From Minisyncoccota bacterium (GTDB taxonomy: Bacteria; Patescibacteriota; Minisyncoccia; Phycocordibacterales; UBA918): a stretch of DNA of 59,804 nt. The stretch covers positions 1 to 59,804 of the forward strand of contig JALHRC010000006.1 of the NCBI GenBank assembly GCA_022841645.1, given 5' to 3'. Positions within the stretch are counted from its first letter, which is position 1; the number at the start of each line of letters is the position of its first letter. Below, piece after piece: positions 8,897 to 19,052 of the stretch. Under the pieces are notes generated by a model. It was given only the letters and a program-made list of their open reading frames with translations, was not told the origin of the DNA and searched no databases. Position numbers and translations under genes: made by a program.

Positions 8897-9517
8897 TTAA
8901 TTAGCCGTCTCGCTCGATGAAGCCCTGATAATCGCGGGAGTTGGTGCTGGCATGAGAGTCATTTCGGCAGCGGCCACACTCTTGCGCAAGCTTTGATCTA
9001 CCTGTCGTAGGGTGTCATGGATACCACTATAAAGTCCACGCAGATTTCGCCACTCACGGAGCACGTCTGTGGCACTTACGGTGGCGGCCACCCGGGCGTC
9101 GATATCACTTTGCATCAAACGTACTGTCGCGAGGGTGCTAGTAGCGGTTTCTAGATGGATGCGGGCTGGAGTAACATTGCGCCCCTCGTTCCCTAGAATG
9201 GCGAGCCGTACTTCAAGGCGGCCAATAATCTGATCGTAGCGCGCCACGACCCGATCAAAACGCGTACTCATGTTGGCGGCCAAGTTAGTGACACGGGCCT
9301 GGCGGCGTTCGTCGAGACTGAACGGTTCGAGGTAGCTCGGCATCGCTGTGTCAGGGCCACTCGCGGGCGGGGGAATGAGCGTGAAGGCTGGTGGTGTGGA
9401 GGTGCTGATATTCTGTGGGTCGGCATCTTGGGCGTCAGCCAAAAATGGCAACAAGCAAAGAACGGCACCTATAGTAGCTATAGAGAGATCGACAGTAGGG
9501 TGTAATCGAATCAACAT
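8897..9517 (-). CDS. secreted hypothetical protein
   Basis: 206 aa with a signal-peptide-like N-terminus (IATIGAVLCLLPFLADA), followed by a helical region. Confidence 0.6.
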   Translation of the reverse strand: MLIRLHPTVDLSIATIGAVLCLLPFLADAQDADPQNISTSTPPAFTLIPPPASGPDTAMPSYLEPFSLDERRQARVTNLAANMSTRFDRVVARYDQIIGRLEVRLAILGNEGRNVTPARIHLETATSTLATVRLMQSDIDARVAATVSATDVLREWRNLRGLYSGIHDTLRQVDQSLRKSVAAAEMTLMPAPTPAIIRASSSETAN

Positions 9518-9571
9518 AGAAAAACACTTAGTCTAATAAGCACGGTGCGGCACACCGACGGTTAGACATAG

Positions 9572-9608
9572 TATAGCCCCGCCGCAGCGAAGCTGCGGCG
9601 GGGCTATA
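9572..9608 (-). terminator. intrinsic terminator of ppa
   Basis: tatagccccgccgcagc pairs with gctgcggcggggctata, a 17-bp stem with a gaa loop. Confidence 0.8.
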
Positions 9609-9631
9609 CACAACAAGCGCTTAGATTCTTT

Positions 9632-10159
9632 CTACGCCGTGGCGCGATCCTCGGTGTACATTGTACGGCTACGTTCAAAGGCGGCCATGGCTTCGGCTTT
9701 GTTCTTAAAGCCGTGCACGGTTACGACTTTATTTTGTAGTTTTTTGTAGGTGTCGTAGAAGTGTTCGATTTCTTTGAGGGTGTGCTTGTTGAGATCGGGG
9801 AGGTCAACCACCTCATTCCAGCGTGGGTCATCAATAGGTACAGCGATGATTTTAGCGTCACTATCACCTGAATCAGTCATTTCCATGACGGCGACCGGTC
9901 GCACGCGCACAAGAATACCGGGGAGGAGAGGGTAGGTGGTAAGGATCACCACGTCGAGTGCGTCACCGTCGTCCCACAGTGTCTGTGGCACAAAGCCATA
10001 GTCAAAAGGGAAATCTTGGGCCGTATGAGCCACGCGGTCGAGCGCAATGATACCCGTCTCTTTGTCGATCTCGTACTTATTCTTTGAGCCTTTGTTAATT
10101 TCAACAATAACGTTCATGGCCTCGGCACTGCCGGCTGGCACATCATGGAGTAGGTTCAT
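9632..10159 (-). CDS. ppa: inorganic pyrophosphatase
   Basis: 175 aa. It has the KNKYEID and DGDALDVV family I PPase motifs. Confidence 0.95.
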   Translation of the reverse strand: MNLLHDVPAGSAEAMNVIVEINKGSKNKYEIDKETGIIALDRVAHTAQDFPFDYGFVPQTLWDDGDALDVVILTTYPLLPGILVRVRPVAVMEMTDSGDSDAKIIAVPIDDPRWNEVVDLPDLNKHTLKEIEHFYDTYKKLQNKVVTVHGFKNKAEAMAAFERSRTMYTEDRATA

Positions 10160-10182
10160 GGTGAAAAGAGATTAACGACTAT

Positions 10183-11604
10183 TTAAGCTGCTTTCTCCTC
10201 AGCACTGTCGGCAGCGGCTTCCTCGGCCACGAGTGCTTCCGCTTCCTCCGGGGTGTCGACTTCGTCGAATTCCTCGTCGTTGGGGTTTACGCCACGATCA
10301 CCAGTTGCCTCGTCTTCTTCTGGAAGACCTGGGCTCGTAGTGGTAGCGTCATTACTTTCGAGGGTGTCGGTGTCGTCACCAAGGGAAACAGCGTCGGTAG
10401 GATTGGTGTCCACTTCGCCAGCGGCGGTAGCTTCAGCTACCGCTTCACCGGTCTGGGCGGAGACGATATCGATCTTCCATCCAGTCAGCTTGGCCGCCAA
10501 GCGTACATTTTGGCCACCGCGACCGATCGCCAGTGACTGCTGCTCGGGGAGCACTTCCGCCATCGCGTGACCGCGTTCGTGCAGTTCCGGATTTGGCTCG
10601 GAAACGACAGTAACTTTAAGTACCTGAGCTGGAGAGAGGGCATCTTCGATAAAGAGGGCAGGGGTAGGTGACCACTCGATAATGTCGATCTTTTCGCCGC
10701 CGAGTTCACTCATCACGGTTGAGACGCGTACCCCGCGTTGTCCCACGAGTGAGCCCACGGGGTCGATGTGGGTGTCATTGGCGGTCACGGCGATCTTAGA
10801 ACGGCCGCCAGCCTCACGCGCGATTGCCTTCACTGCAACTGCACCCGACTGTAGTTCAGGAGCTTCGATAGCAAAGAGGGCTGCGAGAAAGTCGGGGTGG
10901 GCACGCGAGAGCTTGAGGAAAATACCACGCGGGGTTTCTTCGACGGCCATGAGAAGAGCGCGAACGCGCTCACCGGGGCGGTAGCGTTCGCCTGGGATCT
11001 GCTCTTCGTAGGGCATGATGGCAGTGACGCGGCCGAGGTCGACGTAGAGGTTGCCGCGTTCAAAACGCTGCACGTGGCCGATGATGACATCGCCCGCCTT
11101 CTGGCCAAATTCAGCCAGGGCCGACTCCTTTTCCGCCTCGCGGATTTTCTGGACGATCACCTGCTTGGCCGTCTGCGCGGCGATGCGGCCGAACTCGTCT
11201 TTGGGTTCGAGCGGGAACACCAGCTCCTCACCCGGCTGTACGTCTTTCTTGATCATGCGGGCGGTGCCGATCATAATGTGCTTCTCGTCATCAAAGCGCA
11301 CCCGAGTGTCGACTTCGGCGACGTCGTCGGGGGTGGCGCTCGCCATCTCCTCACTGCCTTCATCGTCGCCCGTTTCGGGTTTCAACATACTTTCGTCGAC
11401 GACAATCTTTATCTGATTGAAAACCGCTGCGCCAGTTCCGAGGTCAAAGCTTGCGGTGATAATCTGCCCGCGCTTACCGAACTCTTTTTTGTACGCAGTG
11501 GCGAGTGCTTGCGCAATCGCGTCGATCATCTTTTCCTTAGCGATGCCGCGCTCCTCTTCCAGTTCCTGGAGAACAGCATTCATGGCTTTCAGGTCGAACA
11601 TCAT
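10183..11604 (-). CDS. nusA: transcription termination/antitermination factor NusA with acidic C-terminal tail
   Basis: 473 aa with the N-terminal domain, S1 and two KH domains (GxxG: GQRGVR, GRGGQN), followed by an Asp/Glu-rich tail. Confidence 0.95.
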   Translation of the reverse strand: MMFDLKAMNAVLQELEEERGIAKEKMIDAIAQALATAYKKEFGKRGQIITASFDLGTGAAVFNQIKIVVDESMLKPETGDDEGSEEMASATPDDVAEVDTRVRFDDEKHIMIGTARMIKKDVQPGEELVFPLEPKDEFGRIAAQTAKQVIVQKIREAEKESALAEFGQKAGDVIIGHVQRFERGNLYVDLGRVTAIMPYEEQIPGERYRPGERVRALLMAVEETPRGIFLKLSRAHPDFLAALFAIEAPELQSGAVAVKAIAREAGGRSKIAVTANDTHIDPVGSLVGQRGVRVSTVMSELGGEKIDIIEWSPTPALFIEDALSPAQVLKVTVVSEPNPELHERGHAMAEVLPEQQSLAIGRGGQNVRLAAKLTGWKIDIVSAQTGEAVAEATAAGEVDTNPTDAVSLGDDTDTLESNDATTTSPGLPEEDEATGDRGVNPNDEEFDEVDTPEEAEALVAEEAAADSAEEKAA

Positions 11605-11724
11605 AGAATATAAATATAGTGATTAATGTGGTCGTTATAGCTAACAGGGCACCCCTCCCTACGAAAGAAGGCCCGGCGCACGCCGAGCCATCTGTAGTCC
11701 CACTCATACTAGGTGATGGGACAC

Positions 11725-11766
11725 AAAAAGTCAAAACAAAAGGGCGGGGACCTGCGGTCCCCGCCC
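11725..11766 (-). terminator. intrinsic terminator of ORF 11771..12682
   Basis: gggcggggacc/ggtccccgccc stem at 11742-11766, followed on the minus strand by ttttgttttgac. Confidence 0.85.
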
Positions 11767-11770
11767 GAGC

Positions 11771-12682
11771 TCACCTCCTCTCGTTGATATGCATGGAGTC
11801 GGGCCAGTACTGCCAGGCTTCTGCCTCGAGCTCAAGTACGGCACGAGCTAGAGCTTGGTCACGCTTTGCAATTCTTTTTGCGACCTCAAAAAGTTTGCCA
11901 AGCTTGATGCGAGAAGTGCCAAATAAATGGTCACCACACTGGTAGCGCCAGTAAACTCCGTATTCGGTACGAACCCCCTCAAACTTCACTTTGGCTAATA
12001 GTTCCCTGAGCGTAGCCATTTCACGTTCCAGCATTGCTTTGTATGAAGGGAGGTTGTCTCGCACCGCCTGCGTTCGTCGTCGACGGGATACCCCGAGCAA
12101 AGTAGCGGCTGCATCGTATGCGTCGGCATCACTTTTGATGACACCCAAAGCAGACCCAACCGAAAGTTGCAAAAGGATGGCCCTAAGTTCCCGGTTCGAA
12201 ATGCCTAATTCAGTATAGCTGAAGCCTTCTTGAAGATTACCGATGACCGCTAAGAAGCCAGTATTTAGACGCCGTAGTTGCTCTACGTAATATGCGCCAT
12301 CTCTCAAAGGGATTTCATGCAACATCGCCACTTCCCGCTTGAATTCGTTCAGACGCTCTGCCCGCGCTCGACGGGACTGATACACACTTTTGTCCTCAGC
12401 GTGATCAAGGTTCAAGAGGCGGCATAACACCCTCAGGCGCGAGAGGGCAGCCCGCAGCCCGTAAATTGTTGTTGCTTCGTTTCGCAACACTTCTCTCCAG
12501 AAGAGTACCTCAATTTCGTGTGTACGTTGCAAAAGAGCGCCGACTTTGTTGGCCGCTCTACGGTACTGCTTCACGAGCTCTGGGTTATTGTTGAAGAACG
12601 CCTCATCGATGCTCATAGCACCAGAACGCCACCGCTCCCCGTGCCACACACTCGGGAATCGTTTCTCCTTGGTAAGCAGCAT
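11771..12682 (-). CDS. orphan all-helical hypothetical protein (303 aa)
   Basis: Long ORF with a canonical SD (AGGAG, 7-nt spacer) and its own terminator. No recognisable motif. Confidence 0.7.
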   Translation of the reverse strand: MLLTKEKRFPSVWHGERWRSGAMSIDEAFFNNNPELVKQYRRAANKVGALLQRTHEIEVLFWREVLRNEATTIYGLRAALSRLRVLCRLLNLDHAEDKSVYQSRRARAERLNEFKREVAMLHEIPLRDGAYYVEQLRRLNTGFLAVIGNLQEGFSYTELGISNRELRAILLQLSVGSALGVIKSDADAYDAAATLLGVSRRRRTQAVRDNLPSYKAMLEREMATLRELLAKVKFEGVRTEYGVYWRYQCGDHLFGTSRIKLGKLFEVAKRIAKRDQALARAVLELEAEAWQYWPDSMHINERR

Positions 12683-12819
12683 GTCTCGTCTCCTGTTGGT
12701 GTGATACGTCTAATTAAACTTTACCATAAAAGTACTATAAGTAAATAGTACGTATGACAAAAAAGTATACAAAGAAGCTTTACAAAATAATGTTTTGTGA
12801 TATTTTGTAATAAGTAAGT

Positions 12820-13581
12820 ATGACAAGTAAATCGGAACTAGCCCACTCCCTAACTCAACTCGGCCTTGCCGAACGTGATGCCAGTGTTTATTTGTTTCTC
12901 CTTGAACGCGGGACGCCCTGGGCGCCGTCGAAGATTGCGCAGGCCCTTAGTCTGCCGCGCCAATACGTCCATCTTTCTCTGCAGCGCCTACTAGATTTGG
13001 TGCTCCTTGAAGAAGTACCGTCTGGAGTACGGCGCAAATATCGTGCGCTGCCGCCTTCATATGTCACCCGCATGGCGCGTGAGCGGCTTATTATGGCGGA
13101 ACGGACGGCCGTGGAGCTCGAAAAAATCTCAGGAATTGGCGCCACCCAAGACGCAGAAATTTATCGTGGCACACGGCAAATACTCGACTTTGAGGATCGA
13201 CTGGTCGACGGGTTACCGACTGACTGTGAGCAGTGGGGCATTGGTGGTGGTTTAGAAGCATTTCTCAACTTCTTTGGTGATAATTACGTACCCATCTCAC
13301 GGCGGGCGAATGAGAAACGATTGGTGACCTACTACATTGCGGCGCCTTGCGAGGTGGAAGGATTATCGGGAATGGTAAAAGGGGTGTTTGGTGAGCGCTT
13401 TAAAATCCGTGTCTTGCCCACCTTGCCAAAAACGCTAGTACAGACCGCTATTCGTTTTGACACGGTCACCCTTTACACGTTCGGCACGCCCCCGCTTGTA
13501 TACTTCCTTAAGTCACCGACCGTCGCCGCCGACTACAAAAAGTTTTTTATGATGCTGTGGGACATGGCAACGCCGTTGTAG
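12820..13581 (+). CDS. TrmB-family (winged-helix) transcriptional regulator-like protein
   Basis: 253 aa. The N-terminal LTQLGLAERDASVYLFLLERG..APSKIAQALSLPRQYVHLSLQRL resembles the TrmB HTH. Confidence 0.6.
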   Translation: MTSKSELAHSLTQLGLAERDASVYLFLLERGTPWAPSKIAQALSLPRQYVHLSLQRLLDLVLLEEVPSGVRRKYRALPPSYVTRMARERLIMAERTAVELEKISGIGATQDAEIYRGTRQILDFEDRLVDGLPTDCEQWGIGGGLEAFLNFFGDNYVPISRRANEKRLVTYYIAAPCEVEGLSGMVKGVFGERFKIRVLPTLPKTLVQTAIRFDTVTLYTFGTPPLVYFLKSPTVAADYKKFFMMLWDMATPL

Positions 13582-13643
13582 GTGGGAGTACTTGCCTCGA
13601 TCTACCCCAAGTGATACACTTTTGATACACCCGTCGTGTACCT

Positions 13644-13868
13644 ATGGCTACTACTAAAAACAGACTCAATATAAGCCTCTCGCCCGAATTGGACGCAGCG
13701 CTAGCGCTCAGTGCCAAGCGGGCGACGGTACCACGCGCTACCAAGGCGGCAGAATTGCTGCGTCTGGCCCTCGATATTGAAGAAGACATTATGCTCGATG
13801 TACTCGCTACTTCACGTGAGACCGAGAAAAAAGCGAAGTACGTTGACCACGACGCTGCCTGGAGCTAA
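13644..13868 (+). CDS. ribbon-helix-helix antitoxin
   Basis: 74 aa. RLNISLSPELDAAL is an RHH strand-helix start, and the gene lies immediately upstream of a RelE-like toxin. Confidence 0.75.
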   Translation: MATTKNRLNISLSPELDAALALSAKRATVPRATKAAELLRLALDIEEDIMLDVLATSRETEKKAKYVDHDAAWS

Positions 13869-13874
13869 ATAGCT

Positions 13875-14153
13875 ATGTATCACTTGGTCTACCACCTGCG
13901 AGTAGTCAGTGATGATATTCCGAGGCTTCCCAAGCGCTGGAAGGAGATTATTAAGGAAGCAATTTCGACCAAACTCCAGAAGGAGCCACTCTTGTTTGGT
14001 GCACCACTACGCTCGTCCTTAAAAGGCTTTCGCAAATTACGTGTTGGTGATTACCGTGTTGTGTTTTCAATACATGAGAACGAAGTACGAGTTCTTGCCA
14101 TTGCCCACCGTCGTGACGTGTACGAAAAAGTGATGAAGAAGCGTTACCAATAA
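13875..14153 (+). CDS. RelE/ParE-family toxin
   Basis: 92 aa. LKGFRKLRVGDYRVVFSIHENEVRVLAIAHRRDVY is typical of RelE/StbE. Confidence 0.85.
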   Translation: MYHLVYHLRVVSDDIPRLPKRWKEIIKEAISTKLQKEPLLFGAPLRSSLKGFRKLRVGDYRVVFSIHENEVRVLAIAHRRDVYEKVMKKRYQ

Positions 14154-14321
14154 GATTTCGTACTTTTTGCTACTGTATGAATTAAAACTGAGTTGGAGAG
14201 GTCGATTTGCATTAAAGCTGTGGGCAGCGTTGCGCTCATTTGGGTACGCAGAGTGATACAATGCACATATAAGTGACGTGTGCGTTTCTGCACGCGTCGC
14301 GTGTGTGATCTTTCTTGTACC

Positions 14322-16073
14322 GTGCGTATTTTAGATGAACAGCTCAAGCGTTTTATCCTAGACGCCAACCTTCTTACCAAGGCCGATTTGGCTTCGGCCG
14401 AGAAAATTGCCAAGGAAGAAGGGCGCACGCTCGCAGAGGCGCTGATTGCTCAGGGACACATGACAGAGGACGACATGCGGCGAGTAGAGTCCTACGTGAT
14501 GGGGATTCCGTTTGTTTCGCTCAAAAACATCAAGGTTGATTTTGAGATCCTTTCACTCATCCCGGAGCCCGTGGCGCGCACGCACAACATCATTGCGTAC
14601 AAAAAGACGGCCGATACGCTCGAAGTGGCCATGCTCGACACCGCCGATCTACCGGCCATCGACTTTGTAAAGAAAAAGGTGGGACTCAAGATTCTGCCGC
14701 GGCTTACCGACACCGACTCGATGCGAGCAGCCCTGCGGCAGTACCAAAAGACGCTGAAAGACGAGTTTGGCGACCTCATCATGAAGGACGCCTCAGCACT
14801 GAAAGTAATTGGCGGCGATGAGAAAGAAGAGATGAGTGAAGGTGATTTGAAGAAAATGGCGGAAGATCTGCCGGTTGTACGTATTGTGGATACGCTCCTG
14901 CGTCACGCCATCATCCAAGGCGCGTCCGACATCCATATCGAGCCGGCTGAGGAAGAAGTGATCGTACGCTACCGCATTGACGGTATTTTAAACGACGCGA
15001 TGAAGCTGCCGAAGCATGTTTCGGGAACGATTGTGGCGCGGCTTAAGGTGCTTTCGAATCTCAAGCTGGACCAAAAGCGGCTGCCACAGGATGGTCGCTT
15101 TAAGATGGAAATGGACGGCCAGAAGGTATCCTTCCGTGTGTCGATGCTACCGGTCTTTTACGGCGAGAAGGTGGTGATGCGTCTTCTACGCGAGAGTCGC
15201 GCGGGCTTTTCCCTCGAAGGCATTGGCTTCCATGGTTCTACCCTCGAACGCATCCACCGCGCGACCCGTTCGACGACCGGCATCGTACTGGTGACTGGCC
15301 CGACTGGTTCGGGTAAATCTACCTCGCTCTACACCATCCTCGACCTCCTTAACACTCCAGAAGTGAACATTTCCACCATTGAAGATCCGATTGAATACCA
15401 AATGCAGCGAGTAAATCAAAGCCAAGTAAAACCAGAGATCGGCTTCACTTTCGCTGCCGGACTGCGGGCCCTTATGCGTCAAGATCCCGACATCATTATG
15501 GTAGGGGAAATCCGCGACGAAGAAACGGCGAGCCTCGCGATCAACGCGGCACTGACTGGTCACCTAGTACTCGCGACGCTCCACACCAACTCGGCCTCGG
15601 GTACCGTGGCGCGTCTTATCGACATGGGTGCAGAGGCCTTTCTCCTCGTTTCCACTCTGCGCGTGGCGGTGGGGCAGCGGCTCGTACGCAAACTTTCCGA
15701 TGATAAACAGCCGTACATTCTCACCAAGGCCGAACGTGACGATTTGGCTGTCCACGCTAATCTCGATTTCGTTTTGGAAACCCTCAAGGAAGAGAAAGTG
15801 ATTAAAGAGAACGCTACCTGGAACGACATCACCTTTTACCATCCAAAGGAAAACGGCGATAGCGAAGATGGTTACAAGGGCCGCATGGGTATTCACGAAG
15901 TGCTCGCCATTACTCCGACCATCAAAGAAATGGTGCTGCAGCGCAAAACGAGCGACGAGATCGAGGCACAAGCGCGTAAGGAGGGAATGCTCACGATGCT
16001 TGAAGACGGTATTTATAAAGCGGCGAAAGGACTCACGAGCGTCGAAGAGGTGCTACGCGTTATTAATGAATAG
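14322..16073 (+). CDS. pilB: type IV pilus assembly ATPase PilB/GspE
   Basis: It has Walker A GPTGSGKST, a GspE N-terminal domain and Asp/His boxes. The start is uncertain (GTG at 14322 or GTG at 14280). Confidence 0.93.
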   Translation: MRILDEQLKRFILDANLLTKADLASAEKIAKEEGRTLAEALIAQGHMTEDDMRRVESYVMGIPFVSLKNIKVDFEILSLIPEPVARTHNIIAYKKTADTLEVAMLDTADLPAIDFVKKKVGLKILPRLTDTDSMRAALRQYQKTLKDEFGDLIMKDASALKVIGGDEKEEMSEGDLKKMAEDLPVVRIVDTLLRHAIIQGASDIHIEPAEEEVIVRYRIDGILNDAMKLPKHVSGTIVARLKVLSNLKLDQKRLPQDGRFKMEMDGQKVSFRVSMLPVFYGEKVVMRLLRESRAGFSLEGIGFHGSTLERIHRATRSTTGIVLVTGPTGSGKSTSLYTILDLLNTPEVNISTIEDPIEYQMQRVNQSQVKPEIGFTFAAGLRALMRQDPDIIMVGEIRDEETASLAINAALTGHLVLATLHTNSASGTVARLIDMGAEAFLLVSTLRVAVGQRLVRKLSDDKQPYILTKAERDDLAVHANLDFVLETLKEEKVIKENATWNDITFYHPKENGDSEDGYKGRMGIHEVLAITPTIKEMVLQRKTSDEIEAQARKEGMLTMLEDGIYKAAKGLTSVEEVLRVINE

Positions 16074-16075
16074 TC

Positions 16076-17305
16076 ATGGCTACGTTTACTTACAGCGGCG
16101 AGGATCGGGAGGGGCAGCCGGTCACCGAGACCATTGAAGCGGCTGATCGTTTTGCGGTGTATACTGTCGCCCGCCAAAATGGTCACACCGTTGCTTCCAT
16201 TAAAGAAGCCGGTGGGCTCATGAGCGGACGCTTTTCAATGGAGCGTATCAACGCCTTTCTAAGCCGCGTCAAAGACGACGAGATCGTGATGATTACGCGA
16301 AACCTAGGTTCAATGATTACTGCTGGCCTTACGGTGAGTCGCGCGCTTTCGGTGATCGAACGCCAGAGCAAGAACCCGCGCCTCAAGCTCATTATTAAAG
16401 AGTTGATTGCCGGTATTAACAAAGGTGAGCAGTTCCACGAAGGGTTACGCAAGTTTCCGGGGGTATTTTCAAATCTCTATGTCGCGATGGTGAAGGCAGG
16501 TGAAGAGGGTGGTAATTTGGCGGAAGCGCTTTCTACCCTGGCGCTGCAGATCGAGCGGGCGAACAATCTTAAAAAAAAGATTAAGGGGGCAATGATCTAC
16601 CCGTCTATCGTTATCATCGTGATGGTGGTGATTGCTATTTTGATGATGATCTTTGTGATGCCACAGATCATTGCCGTATTCGAAGGCGGCAAGATGGAGC
16701 TCCCCGCCACCACCAAGTTTCTTATTTGGCTCACCAACTTTATGAACGATTATACGTTGCTGGTAATCGGGGGGCTCATCAGTATCGTGGTTGCAATCGG
16801 GTATTTCTTTAAACGCCCGCTCGGCAGACGCATTATGTCGTTTGTGGTGGTTCGTCTTCCGATTATTGGCACCATGGCCAAGGAGACTAACTCTGCGCGC
16901 ACGGCTCGCACGCTCTCCTCGCTCCTCCGCTCGGGGGTAGACGTCATTCAATCGCTCGAGATCACCGAAGAGGTGGTACAAAACTTCTACTACAAACGCA
17001 TCGTGCGCGCCGCTCGCGATACGGTCGAGAAGGGAGCGCCGCTGTCGGAGAGGTTTATTGCCGAAAGTAAACTCTATCCCATCTTGGTGGGCGAGATGAT
17101 TCTGGTGGGCGAAGAAACCGGGCAGATTTCGGGCATGCTGGGCGAGTTAGCTACCTTTTACGAAAATGAAGTGGAGCGCAAGACAAAAGACCTTTCCACT
17201 ATTATCGAACCACTCCTTATGGTGGTGATTGGCACGGGGGTGGGTTTCTTCGCTCTGGCGCTGATTGCTCCTATCTACTCTATCTCCGACGGCATGTCGG
17301 GATAA
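16076..17305 (+). CDS. pilC: type IV pilus platform protein PilC/GspF
   Basis: 409 aa with a duplicated GspF domain and three TM segments. Confidence 0.93.
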   Translation: MATFTYSGEDREGQPVTETIEAADRFAVYTVARQNGHTVASIKEAGGLMSGRFSMERINAFLSRVKDDEIVMITRNLGSMITAGLTVSRALSVIERQSKNPRLKLIIKELIAGINKGEQFHEGLRKFPGVFSNLYVAMVKAGEEGGNLAEALSTLALQIERANNLKKKIKGAMIYPSIVIIVMVVIAILMMIFVMPQIIAVFEGGKMELPATTKFLIWLTNFMNDYTLLVIGGLISIVVAIGYFFKRPLGRRIMSFVVVRLPIIGTMAKETNSARTARTLSSLLRSGVDVIQSLEITEEVVQNFYYKRIVRAARDTVEKGAPLSERFIAESKLYPILVGEMILVGEETGQISGMLGELATFYENEVERKTKDLSTIIEPLLMVVIGTGVGFFALALIAPIYSISDGMSG

Positions 17306-17309
17306 TTCT

Positions 17310-19052
17310 ATGCAGTTTTCCCCTCGCGCTGCCCGTGGCTTCTCACTGATAGAAGTGGTAATCGTCTCGGCGGTACTACTACTCTTTTTTGGAGGCTTGT
17401 TCGTGCTGGTGGAATATGTATTTAAACTGAGCACTAACGCGCGCGCGCGGCTTAGTGCCCTTTCGCTTGCCAATGAGCGGATGGAGTATATTCGCTCACT
17501 TACCTACGATGCGGTGGGAACGGTGGCTGGTATTCCAGCTGGAAACATTCCGCAAAATCGTACTCGGACGTTTAATGGCTATCTTTTCAACGAGCGTGTA
17601 CTTATCCAGTACGTGGACGACGACGCTGACGGACTCGGAGCTGCGGATAGTAACAGTATTCTGGCCGACTATAAGCAAGTAAAGGTTGAGTACTCGTGGA
17701 ATGTTACAGGAGCAACGACGTCAATTACACTCATTTCTAATATTGTACCGCGCTCGATCGAAACAACGGTCGGTGGCGGCACTATTCGGGTAAACGTGCT
17801 TGACGCGACAGTGTCGCCTGTCCCGAGCGCGTCCGTGCGGCTCCTCAATACCAGCGGCACCACCACGATTGATGTAACGCGGCAAACGGATGTCACAGGG
17901 ACGGCTCTTTTTGCTGGTGCGCCGGCGGGTTCTAACTACGAAATTTTTGTTTCAAAAGCTGGTTACTCGAGCGATCAGACACACATCGCAACAACTAGTA
18001 ATCCTAACCCGACCACACAGCCGATTTCTGTACTGGAAGCTGACGTTTCGACGATGAGTTTTCAAATTGATCAGCTAAGCAATATTAATCTCAGTCTCTA
18101 TTCGTCATTGGTAGAAAACTACATCAGTGAATCCTTCGTTAGTGCGGCCAGTATTGCTAGTTCCTCTAATCTCGCACCAGTGACTGGAGAGCTGGCACTG
18201 GCAGATGCTGGGGGTGGTCTCTACGTCACGTCCGGATTTGCGTTTACTCCCTCGCTGACGGCGTCAACTATGGAGCGTTGGGAGGTTGTATCATTAGGGC
18301 GTGTGCTACCGCCTGGGACGACACTGCGTACCCAACTATACACAGGCACCTCAACATTTGCCCTTATTCCCGATACTGATTTACCAGGAAACTCCACAGG
18401 ATTTACCGACCGCCTCATTCCGCTTACGACACTTGATCCGGTAGCGTACCCAGCGCTCGTGATCGGCTTTACCTTAGAGACGACGGACTCTAGTGTCACG
18501 CCACGGCTGACGGATGCGACAGTTCTCTTTCGAGAAAGTGCGACTCTGCGCTCGGGTGCAACTGTATCGTGGCGGGGAACGAAAAGCATCGGCACCGACC
18601 TTGGTGGGCTACCGATCTATAAACATCAATTTAGCGGCGTGACCAATGCGTCGGGCGAAGCCACATTTACTGACCGTGAGTGGGATAGTTACAGCGCTAC
18701 GATTACCGGTTCTACGATTACCCGCGCCTGTCCGGGGCACCCGGTCCCGTTACCACCTGGTACGACGCTGCCCGTCACGTTGGTCGCTACACCGGTCTTC
18801 ACCAATAGTCTGCGTATCAATGTAGTCGACCCTTCGGGCGTGCCGATCCCTGGCGCCGCCCTGCGCCTCTCGCGTACTGGCTACCTTAGTCAACGTACCG
18901 CTGACTCGTGTGGTTCCGTATTCTTTACGAGCATGGCTACTGAAAGTGATTACGTACTTGAGGTGACTGCTGGTGGTTTTACCACCTACAACCTCAGCGA
19001 TCTCACTATTTCTGGACCAATTGCCAGCACCGTAACACTCGTGCCGTTATGA
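17310..19052 (+). CDS. giant prepilin-type pseudopilin with two carboxypeptidase-regulatory-like (prealbumin-fold) segments
   Basis: It has a class III signal, RG/FSLIEVVIV, with Glu at +5. Segments IRVNVLDATVSPVPSASVRL...YEIFVSKAGY and LRINVVDPSGVPIPGAALRL...YVLEVTAGGF are present. Confidence 0.8.
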   Translation: MQFSPRAARGFSLIEVVIVSAVLLLFFGGLFVLVEYVFKLSTNARARLSALSLANERMEYIRSLTYDAVGTVAGIPAGNIPQNRTRTFNGYLFNERVLIQYVDDDADGLGAADSNSILADYKQVKVEYSWNVTGATTSITLISNIVPRSIETTVGGGTIRVNVLDATVSPVPSASVRLLNTSGTTTIDVTRQTDVTGTALFAGAPAGSNYEIFVSKAGYSSDQTHIATTSNPNPTTQPISVLEADVSTMSFQIDQLSNINLSLYSSLVENYISESFVSAASIASSSNLAPVTGELALADAGGGLYVTSGFAFTPSLTASTMERWEVVSLGRVLPPGTTLRTQLYTGTSTFALIPDTDLPGNSTGFTDRLIPLTTLDPVAYPALVIGFTLETTDSSVTPRLTDATVLFRESATLRSGATVSWRGTKSIGTDLGGLPIYKHQFSGVTNASGEATFTDREWDSYSATITGSTITRACPGHPVPLPPGTTLPVTLVATPVFTNSLRINVVDPSGVPIPGAALRLSRTGYLSQRTADSCGSVFFTSMATESDYVLEVTAGGFTTYNLSDLTISGPIASTVTLVPL

